This document shows positions 1 to 10,600 of a stretch of 64,000 nucleotides of DNA, piece by piece. The notes under the pieces were generated by a model. The model saw only the letters and a program-made list of their open reading frames with translations. It had not been told where the DNA came from and did not search any database. This DNA comes from Octopus vulgaris (lineage: Eukaryota): contig OX597832.1 of assembly GCA_951406725.2 (NCBI GenBank), positions 2,542,001 to 2,606,000 on the forward strand, written 5' to 3'. Each line of letters starts with the position of its first letter. The stretch's first letter is position 1. A program made the position numbers and the translations under genes.

Positions 1-344
1 GACCATGTATTATACTTTGAATAGCATAAAAGGGGTTATTGGGAGAAAGAAATTGAAAACCTCAATACTTGTTAGAGTGAAAAAGCAAGGAATGGAGTAG
101 CGAAGCGGGGGAGATGGAAAAAATGTTTTTTCATAAAAAGATGTCCCTTGTTATTTGAAAGGCTGTGATGAGAAAAAAAAATTGGAAAATTCACCCTCAA
201 AATGGAGAAATGTGGGCGTCCTCATCTGAAAATCAGCCAAATAAGTAGAAGTTGTACATTGGGGCCGATATAATCGACTTATTGCTCCCCCCGATATTGC
301 TGATGTTGAGCGAAATTTGAAACCAATATATATTTATAAGGTAA

Positions 345-560
345 GGCGACCAGCTGGCAGAATCGTTACTGAGCCGGACAAAATCCTTAGCGGCATTTCC
401 TCCGGCTTTACCTTTTGAGTCCAAATACAGCCGAGGTCGGCTTTATCTTTCATACTTTATCTTTCGAGGTCGTCGAAATAAGTGCCAGTTGAATACTGGA
501 TGGATGTAATCAACTTAACCCCTATCCCGAAGTTGCCGGCTTTGTGCCAAAGTTTAAAAC
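345..560 (+). mobile_element. tRNA-derived SINE-like repeat
   Basis: Starts GGCGACCAGCTGGCAGAATCGTTA with central GCCGAGGTCGGCTTT...GAAATAAGTGCCAGTTGA. Related copies recur at about 12750-12945 (-), 19300-19512 (-), 26356-26570 (-) and 26790-26960 (+). Confidence 0.7.
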
Positions 561-1434
561 CTATACGTATTTATATAGGGCGTTTTTTAATTATTTTTTT
601 TTACTGAAGCACTCAATATACCCACCCTTAATGAACCAGTTGTCTCACTAGATCCTGTATTGTCAATTTCTGTCTTTCTTTCTTCGAACGGCATTGCATG
701 CCTCTTAACGATGGCGTTCTCGCTCGACCCGTTAGAAATAGCAGTCAAATTTCTTTCAAATCACTTCCCAAAAAAATTTTTTTAAAAAAAGGATACATTC
801 GATAATGTAATTCAGTGTGCATTATTTATTAAGTAAATATATGATGGCGACCTTTCGAATGGTTATACGTTAAATACTTTTAATCATATATGTTCCAACA
901 ATGTTGGCTTTGAGCAAAATAACAACACCCATTCTGTAATGTTTGCCAAATCTTTAACAGTTCTCTGTAAACATAGAACTGCACTTCTTCCATCCACATG
1001 CTTAATCTGATTCCTGGAGTTAAGAGGTTCTAAAATGACTAAGAGTACAGCATCTCAATATAATTAAGGAAAATAAAATATTTCAAAATACAAGCTATTA
1101 GTTATGTTTCACGCGATCACTGCATTTCAGGTCAACAAATAGGACTGGGAGGTTTTGTCACCGTTAAAGTACCACTAACCCGCAGGAGATTTGTTTATAG
1201 ATACCCTTAGTTTAACAGATGCTTCATATAGAGGTACTATGTAAAGAAAAGAAGGTGAGACAGTGGCATATGAAATAAATTATTGTTAATCAAATATTTA
1301 TGATTATCTTCGAAAACTGTTGTAATGTATGTCAGTGTTGTCAGTTTGTCAATGTTGGGGTGGATTAAAAAAAACAAAAAATCTTTAAAAAAAAATACAA
1401 AATATGAATATCACAGATTAAAAACGAAACTTAC

Positions 1435-1495
1435 CAAGTGCTTTTGCTCCCGATAAAAGGGATACATTTCTGGCAGCCCAGAGAGCCATGGCCAT
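1435..1495 (-). CDS. Putative first coding exon of a divergently transcribed gene with a mitochondrial presequence (candidate HADHB)
   Basis: ATG at 1495 reads MAMALWAARNVSLLSGAKAL-G (61 nt, phase 1) and ends at a consensus donor G|GTAAGT. The peptide has R/K/A/L/S and no acidic residues. HADHB identity is inferred only from position opposite HADHA. Confidence 0.55.
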
Positions 1496-1818
1496 AGCTA
1501 GTGATCACCTTCAAATAAGTTCGAAGACGAATCACCACCAACAAATTTCGTGGACTTTATAAATGACTCGCGTCGTTGAAGCTTTACGGAGTTAAATGTT
1601 GTTCTCAACAATAAAATTTATAAAAGCAAAAATTACTATTTTAGTAATTAATAAGTTTTAATAAAATATAAATGTTAAATATTTTTTATAGATTTAATGA
1701 ATTAAAAATTCTTCTTCTTAATTATATTTGTTTGTATATGTTCTCAAGGCGTGTCATTGAATTCAGTGCGGGACAGTGGACCAAAGGTCGATTTCAGAAG
1801 TAACTCACAACTGTAAGC
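1496..1818. promoter_or_regulatory. Putative bidirectional promoter and 5' UTR interval
   Basis: 323 bp between two divergent ATG-bearing exons, with an AT-rich core and no transposon insertion, unlike the rest of the window. Confidence 0.5.
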
Positions 1819-1882
1819 ATGTTCAATGTGACTGGAACGATGAGGTGTATGGGTATCAGACTAAACTCCTTCTGCCGACAAG
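1819..1882 (+). CDS. HADHA: HADHA exon 1 (mitochondrial presequence)
   Basis: ATG at 1819 reads MFNVTGTMRCMGIRLNSFCRQ-G with donor G|GTTTGT. Phase 1 joins in frame to the exon at 21087. The presequence is not conserved, so this exon is less certain than the others. Confidence 0.7.
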
Positions 1883-2415
1883 GTTTGTCTAATCTATTCA
1901 TTATAAATTACTTAACTTACTTTCAAGAAGCGCATTCTCCATTGTGTTCTTATAGGAATGCTTTGATTTATGTCGATTGATTTGTCATCAACAGTTCCAC
2001 TTTCTGACCTCTTTCGTACCTCGCTTCCAGATTTATACAGAAAATTACAGAATGTTCGTCATTAAATCAAAAACGCGTGTTTAAGTACTTAAATTCCCCC
2101 CAAATCTGTCCGTATAAACAAGAACCCCATTTTATCCTATTATTTATTTTATGTCTGTATAACAAACGATCTATTACAGTTTTCACTTGATTATTAAACA
2201 CGGTTAACAACAGGATTCTAGTAAGTTGTTAATTAAAGCATTTTTCATATTTCCCTAGACAAATGAACAAGAAGTCTGAAAGAATCATACTTCATCGAAA
2301 AAGATTTCGTAATAAACCAGTTTAACTTTGTTTTGAAATCGATATCGGACAACTAAGCCGGAAACATTTCATGATGTTTACTGCTGGGCAATATTACTGA
2401 TGTTTCCCCCCCCCC

Positions 2416-2465
<50 letters not shown>

Positions 2466-2631
2466 AATGGGGTAGGCTGGTTTATGGGGTTACTAGGGGT
2501 CTGCCATAAATATGGGACGATTTGACTTCTAACATAGGGTAACCCCATAAACGGGCCCATCCCACTATAATATTAACTGGTCTACATCTTACACTGTGCT
2601 TCTCCGGATTTATGCATTTTTACAAACGATA

Positions 2632-2835
2632 TTTATTCTTTTACTTGTTTCAATCATTTGACTGTGGCCATACTGGAGCACCACCTTTAGTCGAACAATT
2701 CGACCGCAGGACTTATTCTTTGTAAGCCTCGTATTTATTCTATCGGTCTCTTTTGCCGACACCGCTAAGTTACGGCGACGTAAACACACCAATATCGGTT
2801 GTCAAGCGATGGTGGGGAGACAAATACACACACAC
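2632..2835 (-). mobile_element. SINE-like repeat, second family
   Basis: TCTTTTACTTGTTTC...TTTGACTGTGGCCA...GGTTGTCAAGCGATGGTGGG. Copies at about 21152-21335 (-), 49180-49350 (+) and 51420-51600 (+). Confidence 0.7.
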
Positions 2836-2967
2836 ACGCACATATATATATTATATATATATATATATTATATATATATATATATATTATATATATTATA
2901 TATACGACAGACTTCTTTCACGTTCCGTCCCCAAATCCAGTCACAAAGGTTTGGTCGGCCCGATATT

Positions 2968-3011
<44 letters not shown>

Positions 3012-4392
3012 TAGATAGATAATCATTTCATCGACCAAATTGTTTGTGCCGTAGTGTGGATAAATAGTTTAAACTGCTCGATATACGCTAGTGAGCTGGG
3101 TCTTTTATGTGTATTAATATGTGAATTAAGCTAATAACGATGGTTTCTAACAGCTGGGATAAGACTGTTTCACACCCGTTTGAGGACCGTGAAACGATAG
3201 TGTAGATGTGAAGAATATAAGGAAGCTTGCGTGTCACATCTTAGTCTGTTTAGATATTGTCAGTTAAAATAAATCGAATGATACAGGAATACAGAAGCAA
3301 AGAGACGAATCTTTCTAACGAAATAATTCAATAAATGCAAACTTCAGTCGAAAAGCTTTAGTTCGTTCTGTCAAGAGCAATATTTATGACAGAAATATTG
3401 CTCTTGACAGAACGAACTAAAATGAAAGTAATATTAGAAATTTTTGTGGAAGAAATAGCATTTTAAAAGCAATACAATTTGGTGAAGTTCAATGCAGACA
3501 AAGGTTTGTTTTCGTATTTTAAGAGAGTTATATTATACAATACAGTTAGAAGTTATCACAATGGAAAGAAAAAAGAAATAGAATTCTGAAATTCCAGTCA
3601 TATTGTATAAGTTCTCATAACTTCCAGTAAAACTGAGATTTTTAAATGAAATTTTCTACAAATATACTTCATATGGTGTAGATCCCAATTAAATCTTACT
3701 TTGATGAGAAAAAACTTTTCTGTGGGTGGGGAGAGAAGTTTCAGAAAATTCTCTCGAGTCGGCTTTGTTTTTTCATAACTTTCGGAAAATATGTGTATTT
3801 TTAGATTAAATGCTCTACAAATACGTTTTAGAGTGTGTAAGTTTCGATTATATCGATATTTGATGTGAAAAGAAAAATGCTGAGTACGTACACATACATA
3901 CTGATATACTTAAGATTCTCTTTCGAAATTTCAAGTTTCGTTTTGAAAATATATGTGATGTGTTGTTAGTATGTGTGCGAGCCCATCATTCTTTTTTTTT
4001 TTTTTTCATATCAAATTCTGAAATCTATAAGGATAGAAAGCCGACTCATGTGAATTTCTCGAAACCCCTCTTCCCACTCACAGAAAACATTTTTCCCAAC
4101 AATTTCCGATATAATCGAATCTTCATCGTCTGAAGCGTATTTGTAGGAAATTTCATTTGAAAAATATCTATTTTTCTGGATGGGGTGAGGAAACGAAGTT
4201 GAGGTGGAGACAAATGTAAAGTGGAGTAGTTAGCATTAGGAATGAAATCACAGTCTGTAAAGTGGTTGGTGTTAGGAAGGGCATCCAGCTGTAGAAACCA
4301 TGCCAAGTCAGACTGGAGTCTGGTCAGTTCCTGTCAAACTGTCCAACCCGTGCCAGCATGGAAAACAGATGTTAAATGATGATGATGCTGAT

Positions 4393-6067
4393 TATCATCA
4401 TCATCATCATCGTTTAACGTCCGCTTTCCATGCTAGCATAGGTTGGACGATTTTGACTGAGGGGTGGCGAACCAGATGGTTGCACCAGACTCCAGTCTTG
4501 ATTTGGCAGAGTTTCTACAGCCGGATGCCCTTCCTAACGCCAACCACTCTGAGAGTGTAGTGAGTGCTTTTTACATGCCACTGGCACGGGGGCCAGTAAG
4601 GCGACTTTGGTAATGATCATGCTCGAATGGTGCACTTTTACGTGCCACCGGCACAGAAGCCAGTTGGCTGCTCTGGCAACGATCATGCTCGGATGGTGCT
4701 CTTGGCACCCTACTAGCACGGGCACAAGTGCCAGTAAGGCGATGCTGATAACGATCACGCTTGAATGGTGCCCTTGAATGGTGCACGGAAGCCGGTTAGC
4801 CGCTCTGTCAATGATCACGCTCGTATGGTGCTCTTTGCACCCTGCCAGCACGGACGCCAGTCATTGGATTTGATTTTGATTTTGCTTTCGATTGATTTGA
4901 TTTCACTTGCCTCAACAGGTCTTCGCAAGCAGAGTTTTAGTGACCATAGAAGGAAAAGGTTACGCACAAGTGGGCTGGTTATGCCCCTGGCATAGGCCAT
5001 GAGATTATGGTTTCATTTGGCTTGCCGGGTCTTCTCACGCACAGCATATTTCCAAAGGTCTCGGTCACTAGTCATTTCCTTGGTGAGGCCTAAAGTTCGA
5101 AGGTCGTGCTTCACCACTTCATCCCAGGTCTTCCTGGGTCTACCTCTTCCACAGGTTCCCTCAACTGCTAGAGTGTGGCACTTTTTCACACAGCTGTCCT
5201 CGTCCATTCTTGCCACATGACCATACCAGCACAATCGTCTCTCTTGCACACCACATCTGATGCTTCTTAGGTCCAACTTTTCTCTCAAGGTACTTACACT
5301 CTGTCGAGTATGCACACTGACATTACACATCCATCGGATCATACTGGCTTCATTCCTTGCGAGCTTACGCATGTCCTCAGCAGTCACAGCCCATGTTTCA
5401 CTGCCATGTAGCATGGCTGTTCATACACAAGCGTCATACAGTCTACCTTTTACTCTGAGCGAGAGGCCCTTTGTTGCCAGCAGAGGTAAGAGCTCTCTGA
5501 ACTTTGCCCAAGCTATTCTTATTCTAGCAGCTACACTTTCAGCACACCCACCTCCGCTACTGACTTGGTCCCCTAGGTAACGGAAGCCATCAACTACTTC
5601 TAGTTTTTCTCCCTGGAATGAGGCGGAAGTTGGTCTCTGCGCATTTTCAGTGTTTATTTCTCCCAAGCATCTGCCAAATACAAAAACTTTCTTCCCAGTT
5701 AGCCTCCCTTTGATATTACTGCACCTCTTATGTGTCCATAGCTTACACTGGGTACATCTTATAGAGTTTCTACCTACGCCTCTACTACAGATTGAGTAGG
5801 GCCATCTACCTGAAGGGATTTGTGGTTTGCCTGCTTTCCTACATATTAGGACTTTGGTTTTAGCTAGGTTGATTCTAAGGCCCTTCAATTCTAATCCTTG
5901 TCTCCATACTTGAGACTTTGCCTCTAGTTCTGATAGTGACTCAGCAATTAGAGCAAGGTCATCAGCATATAGGAGCTCCCAGAGGCATCCTGTCTTGAAT
6001 TCCTCCGTTATTGCCTGGAGGACTATGATAAATAGGAGGGAGCTGAGGACTGAACCTTGGTGGACAC
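4393..6067 (-). mobile_element. 5'-truncated RTE-clade LINE (same family as 42831-46204)
   Basis: ORFs 5421..6311 and 5013..5414 contain VHQGS, LLYADD and HGSETW, nearly identical to the C-terminal half of the 1045-aa ORF. One in-frame stop. The 3' end carries the family tail ...GGACGTTAAAC(GAT)n. Confidence 0.92.
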
Positions 6068-6620
6068 AAAGCTTAACTTTTTTTCCATGATTATTAAAAT
6101 TTGGTAGTTGTTTTGGTGGATTCTCATGCAAACCCCAGGATTGTTTCTGCCCTAAGTCATCATAGACCATCCATTTTTCACCTGCAGTCACCAATTGATT
6201 CAAAGTTTTAGTTTCATTGTGTTTTAAGTGCATGTACTGATGGAATGCCGTCTGTGCAATTTTCCTCTGCCAGATTATGAGGGACCCATACATCATTGGA
6301 AAGATATCCAAATATCACTAAGTGTTCCAACATTTCTACAAGCTCCCTAGTTGTGCATTTTATGTTGGCTTCAATGTTTACCCTCAAAAGATTGTTGTCC
6401 AACTCTGAAGAGCTTCCAAAGCAATATGAATCTTCTAAGCTGAAATCCCTGCATTTGAATTTTGGATACACTCTCTGAACCATCAAGTCACCTACATTAC
6501 CTTACACTTCACATATACTCTGTCCTTTTCACCTTTCTTGAAGCGGAAAGGCGTTAAGTATCAAAAATGTAACTTCTGGTTATCCATTTTTGACCTTGAT
6601 AAAAATAAGAGCTATATTGA
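6068..6620 (-). mobile_element. Degraded mariner transposase fragment adjoining the RTE insertion
   Basis: Remnants LNQLVTAGEKWMVYD (TGDEKW-like), WVPHNL, KKVKLCV and an N-terminal HTH region. Confidence 0.75.
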
Positions 6621-6889
6621 TATTTCGTGAGATGTAACTTCCCAGGATCGGGCCCCCTGTATGACACCTTAGGCAAGTGTTTTCTACTATAACTCCAGGC
6701 CAACCAAGCCTTCTAAGTGTACTGAAAGAAGCCCATCATGTGTGTTAAAGCATGTGTATATTTGTGTCTCTTTTTCTTCACATTGTATGATAATTGTAAA
6801 TGTGTGTCATTGTCATAAAAGCAGTGCCATTTATTTCCAATATTCAATGAAAACATGTCTGGTCAAAGGGAAATATCACCTTACAGATA

Positions 6890-7565
6890 CAAACAACATA
6901 GTATGTAAACCCATACACACATACAGTAACATCACTAACAGCCACAGCATCAACCATGATGGCAGCAGTGTGAGAAAACACAGACACAGAGGGATACAAG
7001 AACAATATCAAACGTAAAGGTCAAGAGCTGTAGCAGCAGCAGATATACTTACAGAAGAGGTCACAGATGTATGACAAAAGATTTCCAGACAGTGAACATA
7101 AGATAAAATAAGAACGATAAGAAATATATAGTGTGTGTGTTTATTTGGCAAAAAACAAAAACATAGCCCTCCCAAAATATAACAATATCTGTTTCAACAC
7201 ACAGTTTCACATCGGGTATCTTGCAATACAAATTCATAAACATCTATATATATATATTGGGAGATGGTCTTTTTTTTTCCTTTTTGCCAATTAACCACAC
7301 ACACCATACACTTGTTCTTCACTTCAGCTTTATTATTATTCTTATTTTAGTGTACTTTGTCTGAAATCTTTTGTCACACATCCTATGAATTCTTCAGGTC
7401 ACAGGATGTGTGATGAAAGATTTCAGGCACTAAAATAAGAGTAATAATAAAGCTGAAGTGAAGATCAAGTATAGAGAGCATGTTGTTAATTGGGAAAAAA
7501 TATGACCATATCTGTTTCAACACACAATTTGACATCAAGATATCTTACAAAACAAAAACATAAAC
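6890..7565. mobile_element. Penelope-like terminal-repeat remnants in direct and inverted arrangement
   Basis: The unit GGTCACAG..TGTGAC/TGAAAGATTTC...ATATCTGTTTCAACACACA occurs at about 7055-7220 (+), about 7262-7398 (-) and about 7397-7560 (+). It has a decayed hammerhead-like core. Confidence 0.45.
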
Positions 7566-7637
7566 ATATATATATATATATGCGTATGTGTGTGTGTGTA
7601 TATATTCATACATATCTATGTGTGTATATTCATATGC

Positions 7638-7670
<33 letters not shown>

Positions 7671-7686
7671 TACACATACACACAGA

Positions 7687-10600
7687 CAGTGGTGAGCACA
7701 GTTTTACTAATCCGCTAACAGCTAATTAGTGAAGCTAACTTTTCATTTAGCAGATTAGTGTCTTCACTAACTTTGGAAACTGTTGGCAGACCAATTAGCT
7801 TCTGCTAAATTTAGTTCCGCTAACTTTAAGTCCACTAACAAAATTCATATGTTTGTTCCTGTCTGTTGTGGGCATGTCTTGAAGAGTCTGTCAGATACGC
7901 TTTTGGCTGACTATATGTATATCTGACAAGACATGATTGGTAGACACAGCAGCAGCTAGCTGACCAGCATTGTGTTATCCTGCAGTTTTGAGTTGTGTTC
8001 ACTTACAACATTGTCACATTACAGTGTCAGCGACAGCAGTGTACATTATCGGCTTATCAAGTTATTGCTTATCATTATGGAAGGTGAAGACATTGTTGTT
8101 TGGCCTGAGGATCAAAGGCCTGTTGAAGAGTCTGCAATGGCTGTGGGTTAGGCAAAAGTCGCTCAGTTTGAGAGCCAGGAATCTCAGAACCCATAGCCCC
8201 ACATAGAGGACTACTTTGTCCTTACGTCAAGGAATAAGATGAACACCAAAATCCTGTACTTCTGGTGCGTCATGTGCCAGCCCAAGGAGACAGCCATTAA
8301 GGGACAAGTGGCAAGCCTCTGCAACTTGAAGTCGCATGTTGAGGCAACACCCTGCACATGCCATCTAGTTTGAGGAGAGGATCAATGCTGGCTCTTCCCA
8401 TGAGGAACACAGACAATTTTCTGGTAGCAATGCTACTAGTCACAGCCATGTACAAAGAAAGCATGCCAGCCCGGCATTGGCAAGGTGTTTGCCCAAACTG
8501 CTGGTACTGGCATCTGTTAGCCTATGGTGGATAGAAGGATTGTAGACTTATTTGTCGACAACATGCTACCACTGCATGTAGTGGAGTCCCTCACCTTGGT
8601 CAGCCTTATTAAGATGCTGAACCCCAGCAAGATGTCGATGTCCTGCAGCAGCTGGAGGAGTATCTTACAAGATATAAATTAAAATTATACAAAATTATTA
8701 TTATGGAGTACTTCATATTTTCTTGATTTTATTTAATTATTTATTAAATAATTATTTTCTTAATAAATGTAATAAAATATATAACAGCTAATTGTTATAA
8801 GTATCATTAAAATATATATATATATATATATATATATAGATATATACATATATATTCCACTCATTATTAAGCCTGCACAGCCAAAACAGCAGTCTTTAAT
8901 GAAATAAAGAATAAGCGAACCTTAAGTTCTGCACTTGTCAAATTCTGACCATCATTCCATCTCTCATCTGGGTTATCCCCCCCCCAACACATCACCTGTC
9001 AAGGTAGTGTCACTATTTCAAAAGGCTTTAAATTATAATCAATATTTCTATGAATTTAGAACAGCCTAGTAACAAACATTAAACTATAATCTGTGTGATT
9101 TCTATAAACAAAATATGGTTATAAGATACTGTGGTCAAATGTCCTGCCTACTTCCCACCTGCAAAATATTGCACAAACCATGTACTCACAAAAGTCATTG
9201 CTGCTTACATGGGCATGTGGATAAGAGGCTAGTCATTTTTTTTTAGTAGGCCTTGATCATGCTCTGTATCAGTTTATATACAGTAATAGTGAATTATCTT
9301 GTTGTTGGTTTTAAATTGCTGCTAACCACCTTGATTATTTTATAATTTTCACATTGCCATTTTGTGAAATCAGTCACTGATTTCAGTGGCATTTTTCATA
9401 ATATTGACAGGGTGAGTTGACTTCTACAAGCTGTGATGAATTGAGCATTACTGGTGAGTATTAATTTCGTATATGAAATTAGCATGCTAATCTAATGCAT
9501 GTCGCTCACAGCGGGGAGGGTTTTCTCCCCTGTCAATACAAAGAAACCATGTGCTTTTGTGACTAAGGAGTCTACGGCTCATATTTCTAGCAATGCTGGT
9601 GCTCACTGCACCCCTTGACACTCTTAGTGACGATGAATTATTTCCCTTTTGGTTTTAAATTGCCACCTTGATTATTATATATATATATATATATAAGGTT
9701 AATCCAAACGGGAAAACAGAAAAAACAACAACACGTGGAACAATTAAAGTATTATTATTAGGCGCTCAGGAAAAAGGGAAGAAGGAGGGTATGACGTTTC
9801 GAGCGGAGCTCTTCGTCGGAAACATAAGAGAAGGAAGAAAGAAAGATCCCGAGGTGGGCGAACGGAGGGAAAAAAACGCGACTGGTTTTTACGAAGTAAA
9901 CATGCTGAAAGGCCGGAAGTTTTGGCTAACAGGGGCTGGTTTTTAAAGACAAAAGAGCGGAAAAAGGAAGGTTGGTAACAACTCGATGAATGGGAAGAAT
10001 AATGTGTATGTATGTGTGTGTGTGTGTACGTGTGCGTGTGTGTATGTGTGTGTAAGGCGAGATAAAAAAATATGTATATGTTAGTGCGTGCGTCTGTATG
10101 TAAGTGTGTGTACGTAGGGCGAAAGGTAGTTGACATAGCAGTCGCAGGTCAGTGGTCAGTGGTAAAAGGAGGAAGGAGGGAATGGGTGGGGGCGTATGTA
10201 TGTGCCGTGTGTGTGTTGAGTTGTAGTGTGTGTGTGTCCAGTGTGCGTAGTTGTATGTATGGCAAGTAAATTTGAAGTGTAATGTATATATATATGCAAA
10301 TGTGTGTGTGTGAGTGTGTGGGAGTGGGTGTATGTATGTGTGTGTACAAAGGTGGCCGTATTAAGGAAACAAACTGCAACTGAGGGAAAGATGGAAAAGT
10401 GCTCCCGCGGTGACAGGCGTAAGAGAAACCCAAGAAACACGCCGGCCCCAGATACGAACAAGAGATCTAGTTGGAACCCACGGGCGTGGTGCATGCGCGT
10501 GCGCGAACGCGCACATGCATGTATGTGCGCGCGCCTGTGAGTGTGTGTGTAAGTATGTGTGTGTGGATGTGTGAGTGTGTCTGTGTGTATGTCTGGGTGT

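Noticed and set aside
345-430. tRNA gene
   Set aside because: It is only a tRNA-like SINE head, with no complete cloverleaf and many diverged copies in the window.
1-1434. A second exon of the divergent gene
   Set aside because: No convincing in-frame AG/GT-bounded exon with thiolase similarity was found on the - strand, so it probably lies outside the window.
5421-6311. 296-aa ORF that looks like a transposase-RT fusion
   Set aside because: It is a chance in-frame junction between a mariner fragment and a 5'-truncated RTE copy, and both parts are degraded.
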